Shown: positions 8,512 through 18,270, numbered from the stretch's first letter. The stretch: 64,000 nucleotides of DNA from Desulfurococcaceae archaeon (GCA_038816475.1 JAWBAI010000005.1:1-64000); one strand, 5' to 3'. Numbers and translations: made by a program. Notes: a model not told the origin generated them from the sequence alone.

Positions 8512-9639
8512 CTAGCAGAGCTTGTAGAGTTTAATCTTGCGTACACCCCTTGTTCTAACCTCGAAGCACAATTCCCCGCTGAGCTCCATGCTCTTAACAG
8601 CCTTGTACACCGCCCTAAGAGTGTACACAGGTTTCTCCTTCCATATCTCGTACGCTGTTACCAGGGGTTTTCTGGAGACGATGTCTAGTACAAGTTTCTT
8701 CACACTGCTTTCTCTACCCGTGGTTCGCGCCTTGTAACCCATGGTAACAACAGCTACCGAGTTTCCTGTGACCTCCGCTACGTAGTAGCTCAAAGCGGCG
8801 AGGGGCTTTATCTTGAATCCTTTCCTCAGAAGTTTCACGTAAGCTTCGTAGAGCTCAGCTTCTGAGACCTCGATGACCTTGACTCCTCTCAAGCACCTGA
8901 GTATCCTTGGATTAAAACCCTTCGGCGTAGCAGCTGTGACTTGAAAGTCTGTTTCTATTCCAGCTTCGTTCAAATCATCTACTCCCTTGTAGATCGACAG
9001 AGCTAGAACACCGCTTTTCGCTGGAACAACCACGTTTTCGGCTTTAACACCCTGTTCGTAGAGCTCGAAGACGATCGTCTTCAGTCCTTCAACGGTTAAA
9101 GGGTTTTCATAGTGTATGATCGTTGAACTTTTCGGGAACTCGTGAACGATCTTTAACCCTTTACTAGCAAAGAGCATGATATCCTCTGGGTCTATTTCGA
9201 AGACGCTACCTGCTACTACGTGTAGACTTACACCGGTTAGGTAGTGAACAAGGGATTTCGTAAACTCCTCGGAGTACTCAACGTAAACCTCTCCGACTCC
9301 GGTATCTCTGAGGAAGGACGAGATCAGTGCTGATGCTCTATCACTGTAAAGCCCTGTGGGATTGAACTTCTCGTTTTTAACTAGTACTCCTTCAACACGA
9401 CTTACAGGTGTTAAACCCTCACCAAGTGTTACTCTATTCTTGAAGAACGGTAGCAGAGAGTACCTCCACACACCTCGCTCGTTCTTTTTTACCTTGTAAA
9501 CGGGTTTACGGTACTTGACTAACAAAAGACCTCCGCACCTGGGGCATCTGCCGGTGAGAAGCAAGTTCACCTGGTTTTCATCGTGGACCTCGTACCAGCA
9601 CTGAGAGCACTTCAGGTAGGTTTCGCTGGCTAAGACCAC
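8512..9639 (-). CDS. Degenerate threonine-synthase-like (PLP fold-type II) protein with an N-terminal Zn ribbon and C-terminal winged helix
   Basis: CSQC..CPRC, GVWRY, TLGEGLTP, EGLKTIVFEL; NPTGLYSDR in place of canonical NPTGSFKDR; C-terminal ~65 aa wHTH-like segment (TAYEIW...TLRAVYKAVKSMELSG...KIKLYKL). Confidence 0.85.
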   Translation of the reverse strand: MVLASETYLKCSQCWYEVHDENQVNLLLTGRCPRCGGLLLVKYRKPVYKVKKNERGVWRYSLLPFFKNRVTLGEGLTPVSRVEGVLVKNEKFNPTGLYSDRASALISSFLRDTGVGEVYVEYSEEFTKSLVHYLTGVSLHVVAGSVFEIDPEDIMLFASKGLKIVHEFPKSSTIIHYENPLTVEGLKTIVFELYEQGVKAENVVVPAKSGVLALSIYKGVDDLNEAGIETDFQVTAATPKGFNPRILRCLRGVKVIEVSEAELYEAYVKLLRKGFKIKPLAALSYYVAEVTGNSVAVVTMGYKARTTGRESSVKKLVLDIVSRKPLVTAYEIWKEKPVYTLRAVYKAVKSMELSGELCFEVRTRGVRKIKLYKLC

Positions 9640-9654
9640 GTGGCATAGTCACCT

Positions 9655-10893
9655 CTAGGTGTGCATTTTCGCTAAGCCCATGTTCCGCTCCCCGGGTCCT
9701 ATGTGTCCTACACTTGTTTGAACAATAACCGTCTTTAAGCCCTGTTCTTCGAGTACTCTTTTAACCTCGAGCATCTCTTTGACCGTGGGTCTCCGGATCC
9801 ATCTTCTCCTGAAGGTGGGAAAGTAGTCTAGTAATGTAACCTGGATCCTAGGGTCCACAGACGCTATTCTTCTACCAGCTTCAGCGAGCTCGTTCAGAGT
9901 AACAAGGTCTTTGTTGTACACCAGGCCAACTCCAAGGTACACTCTATCTCCATAGTGCGTGTGTATGTACTCAACAGCTCTCCAAGCTGTTTCAAGGTAC
10001 TCGCGAGCCAGCTCCCTGTCCTTAATCCCGGTTATCTCCATGTACGTTTCAACCCTAGCACACTTTGGTTCAACACCTATGTTGTTGCAACCTGCTTCCA
10101 CGAGCTCGTCCACGTAGTCTGGTGTTAGAACTGTTCCATTGCTGTCCAAGTGCAGTCTTGTTCCAGGTTTTACCAGCCTTGCAGCAGTCTTGAAGAACTC
10201 GATAAGCCATCGTCTATTGATGGATGGTTCACCACCGCTAACAGCAATACCTTTCGTTCTGTACCTTTTGTGGCACGCTACTACGAGACGTGCTGCTTCA
10301 TTTGGTCTTGATGGTGGTGTTGTGTTATCGTATGTTACGTGGTAATTTTGGCACTGAGGACATCTAAGGTTACAACCAGCTGTCCATATGGCTGCTTCAA
10401 CGTAGCTCACGTAGTCTACTTCCCACCACGGAGTAGCTTTACCACCCACGGTGTGAGGCTCAGGCCCATGGATTATTCTTAAAGGTGCTAAGCCTTCTGT
10501 GCTTGTTTCAATGTTCATACCCTCCTTGACCGGGGTTATGCATGAGCGCTCGAGAGAACCATTGATCACCAATGCGCACGCCCAACAACCACCAGTTCTA
10601 CACGCTAAGCTACTACTCCTTGAACCAGGCTTATCGAACTTGAAACCAAGGTACTCTAGCGCTGTAGCTACACTAACCCCGAGAGGAGCGAGAACCTTAC
10701 TTCCATCAACGTAGATCTCCACGAGGCGTGGTTGAGCTTCAACCTCGATAATCCTTCTAGCCTCGTAGGGGCATGCCCAGAAGCATGAGAGACAGCCGAT
10801 GCATATGCTTTTGGAGTAGCACGCGTTAATAAGAGTGCAGAAACCACAGTTTTTGCACTTGTTCCAGTCAACGACAACCCTATGATACTTCAA
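9655..10893 (-). CDS. Radical SAM protein (PflA-like) with N-terminal 4Fe-4S ferredoxin and 2Fe-2S domains
   Basis: CKNCGFC..CIGCLSCFWACP; CRTGGCWAC...SC; radical SAM motif CNLRCPQC; SGGEP; DSNG. Confidence 0.88.
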   Translation of the reverse strand: MKYHRVVVDWNKCKNCGFCTLINACYSKSICIGCLSCFWACPYEARRIIEVEAQPRLVEIYVDGSKVLAPLGVSVATALEYLGFKFDKPGSRSSSLACRTGGCWACALVINGSLERSCITPVKEGMNIETSTEGLAPLRIIHGPEPHTVGGKATPWWEVDYVSYVEAAIWTAGCNLRCPQCQNYHVTYDNTTPPSRPNEAARLVVACHKRYRTKGIAVSGGEPSINRRWLIEFFKTAARLVKPGTRLHLDSNGTVLTPDYVDELVEAGCNNIGVEPKCARVETYMEITGIKDRELAREYLETAWRAVEYIHTHYGDRVYLGVGLVYNKDLVTLNELAEAGRRIASVDPRIQVTLLDYFPTFRRRWIRRPTVKEMLEVKRVLEEQGLKTVIVQTSVGHIGPGERNMGLAKMHT

Positions 10894-11010
10894 GGTGCAA
10901 CCCGGACGCTAGTTCTACTGCAAGGTCCAAAGTACAGTTAGTTGCTCAGAGGTCTATTTACCTTAACCTTATGGTAACTCCATGCGCGAGCTGAACACAC
11001 TTAGATAAGT

Positions 11011-11571
11011 TTGCCTGTTACTCTACATTTGAACGGGGTTTGTTTGAAAAAGCGTGCACTCTTCATTGGAAGGTTTCAGCCATTTCACAATGGGCATTTG
11101 TACGTTGTAAAGCATATACTGCGAGAGTTCGAAGAGGTTGTTATCGTTGTTGCAGCTGCTCAGTACAGCTTTACCATGGATAATCCCTTCACAGCTGGTG
11201 AAAGAATTGAAATGATACGTGAAGGCCTAGGAGACCTCTACGAGAGAACCTACGTTGTTCCCGTTGACAATGTTCCAAGCAACTACGAGTGGCCTCGGCA
11301 CGTGCTATCCTATACACCTCGGGTTGAAGCTGTTTTTAGTAACAATGAGCTGGTGAGAACATTGTTCGAGAACTACGGTTTAAGAGTTCATAGCACTCCA
11401 TTGCTGGAGAACGTAAGCGGTACACTTGTGAGAACACTAATGGCTACCGGCGGTGACTGGAAGTCCAAGCTTCCACCTGGAACAGCCAGGGTCGTTGAGG
11501 AGATAAACGGTGTTGAAAGAGTTAGAGTACTCTGGAGGTTATCACACAGAGTACCGGGTGAAAGGTTCTAG
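11011..11571 (+). CDS. nadM: Nicotinamide-nucleotide adenylyltransferase (start probably TTG at 11044)
   Basis: FIGRFQPFHNGH, NPFTAGERIEM and SGTLVR motifs. Confidence 0.93.
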   Translation: MPVTLHLNGVCLKKRALFIGRFQPFHNGHLYVVKHILREFEEVVIVVAAAQYSFTMDNPFTAGERIEMIREGLGDLYERTYVVPVDNVPSNYEWPRHVLSYTPRVEAVFSNNELVRTLFENYGLRVHSTPLLENVSGTLVRTLMATGGDWKSKLPPGTARVVEEINGVERVRVLWRLSHRVPGERF

Positions 11572-12320
11572 TGATCAAAGCTGCAATAGTTGTCGTGGGG
11601 TCCGAGATACTCCGTGGAGTAGTTCAGGACACAAACTCTCACTGGCTTGCAAGTAGATTAACAGAGCTCGGGTTCGAAGTTATGAGAATTGTGGTTGTAC
11701 CAGACGACTACGAGAGCGTGGAGTGGGCTGTACGCTCCTCGCTGGAGATCGCCGACGTTGTTGTAACAACGGGTGGTCTAGGCTTCACCGAGGACGATAT
11801 TACAGTACCTGCGGTTGCACGAGCACTAGGTCTTGAGCTACAACTAAGCCAGGAAGCAGTAGAGTACATCAAGAGAAGAGTAGGAGGAGAACCCACGTAC
11901 CAGCTGAAAGCAGCCTACTTACCGAAGGGTGGTAAACCACTGTACAACCCCGCTGGTGTATCCCCCGGAGTGTACCTGAGAATAGGTGGAAAACATGTGT
12001 TCATGCTACCAGGGGTGCCCCTCGAGCTAAAAGCTGTGTTTGAAAACGAGGTTGTTCAAATACTTGAAACAATACCTGGTAGACGCTATGTAAAGCGTGT
12101 CGAAGTGTTAACGCTACATGAGAGGGAAGCCGAGGTTGATCATCTCCTTAAGCCTCTGAGAGAGAAGTTCAGGAATGTGTACTTCAAAACTCACGCATCA
12201 AAACCCGTGAAGCTAAGCATTATAGTTGTAGCTTCCACGCAGAGCGAACTGGAGAACCTACTGGGTAAAGTTCTCGAAGATCTTAAGCAAAGCATCAGGG
12301 TGCAGAGCGTTGAGCTTTGA
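11571..12320 (+). CDS. COG1058 (CinA N-terminal/MoCF-like) protein, probable ADP-ribose pyrophosphatase
   Basis: VGSEILRG..DTNSHWLA, TGGLGFTEDDIT and LPGVPLE motifs; no PncC domain; start overlaps the nadM stop. Confidence 0.85.
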   Translation: MIKAAIVVVGSEILRGVVQDTNSHWLASRLTELGFEVMRIVVVPDDYESVEWAVRSSLEIADVVVTTGGLGFTEDDITVPAVARALGLELQLSQEAVEYIKRRVGGEPTYQLKAAYLPKGGKPLYNPAGVSPGVYLRIGGKHVFMLPGVPLELKAVFENEVVQILETIPGRRYVKRVEVLTLHEREAEVDHLLKPLREKFRNVYFKTHASKPVKLSIIVVASTQSELENLLGKVLEDLKQSIRVQSVEL

Positions 12321-12400
12321 ACGAGCGTTGATTCGAGCTCGAGTACTCGGGGCTGTGCCAGGAGTTGGCGGTCAGGTTGAAGTAGAGTAGGAGGTCAGCA

Positions 12401-13093
12401 ATGAAGACGCTAGTTCTAGTGCCGTTCCATGAAGATGCATATATGAAGCTCTCCGATTACCTTAGAAGAAGCCCTTACAAAGCCTACTTACCTCTGCCTA
12501 GAAGCTTTTGTATGGGCTCGAGTAGAGGGCTAGAAGACCTAGGGTATACGCTATCCTCTCTACTGAGAGTGTGGAAACCTCTGTTAGAGCTAATGGAGAA
12601 CGGTCTTCTGGTGAACTACGAGTGCTACCTTGAGGATGATACTATTCAACAGATAGTTAATACGGCTACCAAGGTAGCACTACTGGTACTGAAAGCTCGT
12701 GCTTACGGAAAAGCAGACCTTGGTGAGTGGCTTACCCTGGTTCCGGAAACCGTTGAACCCTCTATTACGAGTTGGAGTGGTGTATGCGTGGTTGACAGGT
12801 TCCTAGACTACTACATCATGATGAAGAAGGGCGTTGAGGTTAACCGAGTTCAGAGAATCGAGGTGTTCGCTCCAACGCCACTTGAACTGTTCACTCTGGT
12901 TGCCAAGGGACTAGTCAAATGGAAATGTAGCCTTGAGGAGGTGGTGTGGTGGATTGTAAAGTACCTCGCCGACTTCGTAATACCTAGTCCAAGCTTAACC
13001 AGTGCTTACAGAAAGCTTGCGTACTCCGATGACTACATAGCTTTCATAGAGAAGTGCGCTCCCGAAGAGGATTTGCTTCACTACTGGATGTAG
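12401..13093 (+). CDS. Hypothetical protein
   Basis: 230-aa ORF with a GGAGG RBS upstream; no motif recognised. Confidence 0.7.
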   Translation: MKTLVLVPFHEDAYMKLSDYLRRSPYKAYLPLPRSFCMGSSRGLEDLGYTLSSLLRVWKPLLELMENGLLVNYECYLEDDTIQQIVNTATKVALLVLKARAYGKADLGEWLTLVPETVEPSITSWSGVCVVDRFLDYYIMMKKGVEVNRVQRIEVFAPTPLELFTLVAKGLVKWKCSLEEVVWWIVKYLADFVIPSPSLTSAYRKLAYSDDYIAFIEKCAPEEDLLHYWM

Positions 13094-13139
13094 GGTTCAC
13101 AATAGCGGAGAGAGGCGGACGTAAGTTTTCTCAGCTCTG

Positions 13140-14451
13140 TCAGACTTTTCCATGATCCTCAACGTGTCTTAAAACAATGGTCAACCCGAGGTAGACCATG
13201 ATGAGTACTAGAGCAATGTTCCTGGCCATGCGAACCACTGCACTGGGCTATCAAGCGTCCAGGGGTTAAACTTAGGCTGTAAACCGAGTAGTCGGCGCAC
13301 TTCGCTATCCAGGAAAAACAGTGCTATTATAGCGGCATTGAAAACGTCAGCGATCGCGTACAACTTGAGAAGAACGGCATCAAGTACCAGTACTGAAACC
13401 GGGGAAAGCATGAGCATCATCTGAGGGGAGAAAACGTAGTTGAAGACTATCAACGAGTACAGCGAGAGAACCCAGTACAGCTTTTCAGCCTCTCGTGTAG
13501 CTTTTACTCTTGTTTGTAGCAGGAACAACCAGGTTAAGAGTAAAAAGCCTAAGTAGGCGTACTTGTGCTGTTCACTATGTATGTCTCTAACGAACACTAT
13601 CGTAATGCAGTTCTCGCAGTACCAGGTAGCGTGGTGCTGTACGAACGCGGTTAACCCCTCCTGAGCGAACAGAGCTAGTGGAGCAAAGAACACTGCGAGC
13701 ACGAGTCCTGCACTTAGAATGTACCTTGTAGTGCTTCTTCTATTGTCTTCGAGGAGGAGTTCTACGAAAAGCCATGTAGCTAACCCGATTGTTAAGATCT
13801 TCGTTGCGATCGATAAGCCCATGAAGAGACCACTCCTAAAGTACCTTTTCTTCAAGTACTCGTACAAACCGATCACAGCGAAACACGAGGCTATAACATC
13901 CCAGTTGTAAACAAGGTACATTGCAAGAGACGGTAGAACCAGGAAAAGCAGTAGCCTACGTCTACTAGGTACAAGCCTGCTCAAGTAATGAATGAGCGTA
14001 AAGTAGAATATGCCTATAAAAGCTGCTTGAACATGGTAGTGAACGCGTGCAGTGTAGTCGAGAAACTCCTTGTAGTTCGCTTCTCGTAGGCTTATTCTAG
14101 CAGTGTGGAACCCGATGCATGTTGAAGCATACCACAAAGCACCAATAACCGGTGGATACTCGAATCTGTAGTTCACGTAGGGCTTAGGACACTCCGCACT
14201 CATGTAGTTGAACCTAAACGCGTAGAAATCCTCCGGTTTAAACCATCTCTCACCTCTCTCGTAAACAGGGTAGAAGACTCCGTAGACTACGTCACTGTAC
14301 TTTAACCCCCAGTTGCCAAGTGGTACTGGTGTTGAGGGATCATGCATGTAAGCTGAAGCAAGGAACACAGCAACAGCTACTACAAGGATTGTAACCTTGT
14401 TCTCGGCAAGTTTGCGTACTACGGACCCCCACGTACTTGGTCTAAATCCAA
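13140..14451 (-). pseudogene. GT-C fold (GT87-like) membrane glycosyltransferase with two apparent 1-nt frameshifts
   Basis: Core ORF 13208-14368 has YSD, FEYPP, NWD and K motifs plus many TM helices. The expected last helix (MARNIALVLIMVYLGL..., stop at 13140) is in another frame from ~13229. A TTG start at 14451 is out of frame across a G5 run (14426-14430). Confidence 0.65.
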
Positions 14452-14472
14452 CGAGTACAGCACCTTTGATTC

Positions 14473-15306
14473 TTAGTCACCTTCGTAAGCATCTCCTGTG
14501 AAGCCAGGTTTACATGTTAAATTGTACTCGGAGCATAGCTTCAATATCATGCTTTCAACTCTGCGTCTCCATTCAGGTGTTACCTTGTTTGCTCTGTCGT
14601 AGAGAGGGTGCAACGGGTTCTTCATGAATGGCTTCACGTGAACAGGGTCGTAGTAGAGCTTCGAGCCTGTTTCAGCGGCCAGTTCTGCGATCTGCTCAGC
14701 TGTTTCAGCATCGTCGTTTAAACCGGGGATCACGGGTCCATAGAAAACCCACGTCTTCAGGCCATGAGAGCTTAGTTTCCTCAGTGCATCTGCTCGTGCT
14801 TGCGGAGAAGGAGCCTTGGGCTCTATGAAGCTGGAGATCTCCCTGTTCAGACTGGTTATAGTGAAGCCAACGTCCACTCTGTCGTTGTGCTTCAGCAGTA
14901 GGTCTAGGTCTCTTAGAACTAGTGGGTTCTTCGTTTGAATGCTCACCGAGAAGCCGTGCTCTAGCAGTATCTCTATGCTTCTCCTCGTGAGCTTGAAGTA
15001 GGCTTCAACTGGTTGGTAAGCATCCGTGATTGTTCCAACACCAACTACTCCTCGTTCAAGCACTTTAACCTCCTTCATAAGAACAGTCGGCAGGTTGACC
15101 TTGACTACAACCACGCTACCCCAGTTTCTACTAGCTCGTTCATCCCGGGTGTAAAGTCTTGCGTAGCAGTAAATACACCCATGTCCACAGCCAAGATAAG
15201 GGTTTAAAGCGTAATCAAGGTCTGGTAAACCACTCTTGGAAAGAGCTGTTTTAACCTGAGCATAGTATACTCTGAGACCTCTGAAGAGCGTTTGAACCAC
15301 CTGCAA
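14473..15306 (-). CDS. SplB-like radical SAM protein (COG1533, DNA-repair-associated)
   Basis: LNPYLGCGHGCIYCYA, TDAYQPVE, IQTK and GFTIT motifs. Confidence 0.9.
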   Translation of the reverse strand: MQVVQTLFRGLRVYYAQVKTALSKSGLPDLDYALNPYLGCGHGCIYCYARLYTRDERASRNWGSVVVVKVNLPTVLMKEVKVLERGVVGVGTITDAYQPVEAYFKLTRRSIEILLEHGFSVSIQTKNPLVLRDLDLLLKHNDRVDVGFTITSLNREISSFIEPKAPSPQARADALRKLSSHGLKTWVFYGPVIPGLNDDAETAEQIAELAAETGSKLYYDPVHVKPFMKNPLHPLYDRANKVTPEWRRRVESMILKLCSEYNLTCKPGFTGDAYEGD

Positions 15307-15309
15307 AGG

Positions 15310-16542
15310 TCACTTTTTCGCGAATTCGCTTATTTTCCTCACGTTGACAAGACGCTTCAGCAACCTGGAGGATTCAAGCCATTTACGGCAACCAAGCTTT
15401 GTTACTTTATTCAGGTACTCGCATACCTCCTTGAAGTCGTTTGTCCTGAGAACAGGCCCCCTTGAGAACATTGCTCTGCAGGATTCGCGAACAAACCAAA
15501 CACCTATTGGAACGTTGAAACCGGGGTATATCTCGCGGAGAAGTACAGCTGTTGCCTGCTTCTTAATGGACATCAGGTGCTCCAGGGTAGCAAGCATGCT
15601 AGCGTAGTAGCATCCCCCGATCCCCGGGTACGTTGTTCTCCCGAAGTAATCCTCGTAGTCTCCTTCGACCACGACGTTTAACCCTGCAGGGTTCCAGGTT
15701 GAACCAGGCCACCATGCCTCCATCCACTCGTAGCTCCACTTAGCCGGGTATATTATACCAACAAAGAGGTTCTCGTGAACTCTGTAGTCGTACACCATGA
15801 TCTCGTTCACAGGCGCGTACTCCTTAATGCTCTTGATCAGGGCTCTGCACAGTATGCTGTCAACAGCTGTTATACTCCACCGCGTGGGCACGAGTCTTCT
15901 TTGTTCCTTAACGCCTAGCGCTCCCACGCTGAAAACCTTTTGAATGTGCGAAACGGGTACTCCTGATTCATAAAGGTAAACAACAGCTTCAGACGCCTTT
16001 AGGTCGGTGTCGTAGTAGGCTTTTTCAAGAGGTTTCGGAATACGTGGGTTCCCCAGAACTCTTATAGATTGAAGTGGTGCACGTGGACCCTGAGGAGGCT
16101 CGTGCTCACCAAAGGTTATCATAGGTCTAGGCTTTTTCTCTAGTACCACTCTAACATCAACCGGTGTACTACTCAGAACAAGCAGTCTCACCTCCTCGAG
16201 AACACTGTCATACGGTTTTCTAACATCGTACAGCTTGTACCCTGTGATCAAGGTCCACCTGTACTCAAGTATGTCCTCTATACGCAGAGACCTCCACATC
16301 TCAGGGTAATCAAATACGCTTGTATCTCCAGTCAACGGTGGTGTTGCAGGTCCCGCGCGAACGTACGGGTACCCGATCCTACCTACGAACACAGACGGAG
16401 GTGTTGAACCATCAATAACGTTCGATGAGTAAACAGGTTTAAGACTAGCTATAGCTCTCGCTCTAGCTATAACAGGGCAGTACGCGAGACCGCATAGATC
16501 CCTTCCACGGCATAGAACACACAGTTTGGGGTCAATAAGCAA
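15310..16542 (-). CDS. nreA: Nre family archaeal DNA repair protein (DUF650/DUF651) with a C-terminal PIP box
   Basis: CVLCRGRDLCGLAYCP, GSTPPSVFVGR, LVPTRWSITAVD, GGCYYA and GVWFVRE motifs; C-terminal RKISEF PCNA-binding-like motif. Confidence 0.9.
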   Translation of the reverse strand: MLIDPKLCVLCRGRDLCGLAYCPVIARARAIASLKPVYSSNVIDGSTPPSVFVGRIGYPYVRAGPATPPLTGDTSVFDYPEMWRSLRIEDILEYRWTLITGYKLYDVRKPYDSVLEEVRLLVLSSTPVDVRVVLEKKPRPMITFGEHEPPQGPRAPLQSIRVLGNPRIPKPLEKAYYDTDLKASEAVVYLYESGVPVSHIQKVFSVGALGVKEQRRLVPTRWSITAVDSILCRALIKSIKEYAPVNEIMVYDYRVHENLFVGIIYPAKWSYEWMEAWWPGSTWNPAGLNVVVEGDYEDYFGRTTYPGIGGCYYASMLATLEHLMSIKKQATAVLLREIYPGFNVPIGVWFVRESCRAMFSRGPVLRTNDFKEVCEYLNKVTKLGCRKWLESSRLLKRLVNVRKISEFAKK

Positions 16543-16593
16543 GGCTATTCACGTTGAAACTCCGCTAATCATATAGTTAGTGCTCTAGGTTAT

Positions 16594-17427
16594 TTAACGC
16601 AGGGGTAGAAGGACGCCGCTATCGGGGACAACGTACAATCCCGACCTGCGGACCTCCATTCTTGCGTTTTGTATGTAGTAGTCTCCGGGTTCAAGCTCGG
16701 AGTAGACTTCTCTCAGAGACTCTAGAACAACGCTTCTGTTGTTGAGCAGAGCTTCATACCTAGCTGGTATTGTGTGCGGGTTGATTGGCTTCAATACCCT
16801 GATTTTACCCGTGACAAGCTTGAAGTCTAGAACAGGATCAATGCACTCCGTGTATCCATACTTGTACTGAACTAGCTTCAGGTTAACGTGAACTCCGAGA
16901 AGCATGAAGTGTAGAATAGTGCTCTTCTTAAGGTGCAGGTAATCAGCAAGACCCATGCTAGAAGAGTGCTTCCTAGCGTACTCGTTAACAAGCATCGATT
17001 CATTCTTCTTGAGCACACCGGTTTCAACCAGTTTCCTAGTCTTAGCAACAACATCCTCTGTTGCACCGTAGATAACGAAGTCCACGTCGTTGTAGTTCTC
17101 CAGAACAGATGCTGAACCAGTCAAGTAGAGCTCTACATCTAGTAGAGCTTCAAGGGTGCTCTTAACCTCGCAAACTATGCTCGACGTGCAAGTTGATCTG
17201 TAACCGTAGGATCCAGTAATCGGTACCATTGGAACGCGCTGCTTTATGCAATCCCAGTACGCAGGTTTTACCAGGACGCGAGCCTCATGTGGCTCCAGTT
17301 TGCATCTGAGCAGAAGGTTGTACCTTGGATACGCTACAGCGTACCCCTCCGGGTGCTGATACCCCTTTACAATGTACACGAAACCCTTGCGAATTAGCAT
17401 TTCGCCCTCTAGTAGTCTAAGGTTCAA
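16594..17427 (-). CDS. Predicted nucleotidyltransferase (COG1665-like)
   Basis: VKGYQHP, LTGS...DVDFVIYG (Pol-beta-type motif). Confidence 0.75.
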   Translation of the reverse strand: MNLRLLEGEMLIRKGFVYIVKGYQHPEGYAVAYPRYNLLLRCKLEPHEARVLVKPAYWDCIKQRVPMVPITGSYGYRSTCTSSIVCEVKSTLEALLDVELYLTGSASVLENYNDVDFVIYGATEDVVAKTRKLVETGVLKKNESMLVNEYARKHSSSMGLADYLHLKKSTILHFMLLGVHVNLKLVQYKYGYTECIDPVLDFKLVTGKIRVLKPINPHTIPARYEALLNNRSVVLESLREVYSELEPGDYYIQNARMEVRRSGLYVVPDSGVLLPLR

Positions 17428-17483
17428 GGTTAAGCCCGTTTAGATCTCCGGTGTTGGAGGTTAAAGCTGAGTTCTCGCAGAGC

Positions 17484-18221
17484 CTAATGCCAGTCCACGA
17501 CGTGAACGTGTCTTTCTATCTCGATTGCGCACTTCTTGTAGAACTTGCTTAAAACCTCGTACTTCATCAACTCCGAGGGTTCACCGTAAACGTAGTGGTT
17601 GTAGCCGAGTAGTAGCATCTTCTTCGTGTAATCGAGCACTAGGAGGGGGTCGTGATTTGTCATCACGATTAGCTTTCTCTTTGAGAGTTCTCCAAGAAGC
17701 TCCGCTATGTCTACTTTCCCCTCGGGGTCAACACCTGTCAAAGGTTCATCTAAAAGTAGAATAGGGGTGTTAGATGCAAGTGTTCTAGCTAAGAGAGCTC
17801 TGCGTACCATACCGCCTGATAATCTCGTCAACCTCTCACTCCACAGGCTTCTTGGGACACCGACCATTTCAAGGACCTCTGAGGTTCTCGTGTTCAAATC
17901 TACCTTTATCCCGTGCTTTCTTCTCCAGAGGTCGAGGTAGTTTTTAACAAACTCGTACGTTGATATAGGTGCTTCCATGGGTATGTTGAAGTCCTGAGGC
18001 ATGTAGGATACTCCGCCCTCATCAACACCGGGCTCAACGTGAATGCTTCCAGACTGGGGCTTCAAGGCTCCGAGTGTAGCTAGAATCAGTGTTGTTTTAC
18101 CTACACTGTTTGGACCTACAACCTGGTACAAGCCTGGTCCAGGCATTTCTGCTGTTAAATCAGTTATAACCTCTCTGCATCCTCTTTTGACTGTTAAACG
18201 GTTGTAGTGTATTCTGGTCAT
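17484..18221 (-). CDS. Metal (Zn/Mn) ABC transporter ATP-binding protein
   Basis: GPNSVGKT, YMPQ, LSGG, LLLDEP and H-loop motifs; His-rich C-terminus. Confidence 0.92.
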   Translation of the reverse strand: MTRIHYNRLTVKRGCREVITDLTAEMPGPGLYQVVGPNSVGKTTLILATLGALKPQSGSIHVEPGVDEGGVSYMPQDFNIPMEAPISTYEFVKNYLDLWRRKHGIKVDLNTRTSEVLEMVGVPRSLWSERLTRLSGGMVRRALLARTLASNTPILLLDEPLTGVDPEGKVDIAELLGELSKRKLIVMTNHDPLLVLDYTKKMLLLGYNHYVYGEPSELMKYEVLSKFYKKCAIEIERHVHVVDWH

Positions 18222-18227
18222 GCTCCC

Positions 18228-18270
18228 TTGTGCACAGTTTATTTAAGGGGGTTATAATATTTGTGCACAA
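18228..18270. promoter_or_regulatory. Divergent promoter with two TGTGCACA palindromic operators
   Basis: TTGTGCACA at 18228-18236 and TTGTGCACAA at 18261-18270, 33 bp apart, flanking two TATA-like tracts (18238-18246, 18252-18259). Confidence 0.7.
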
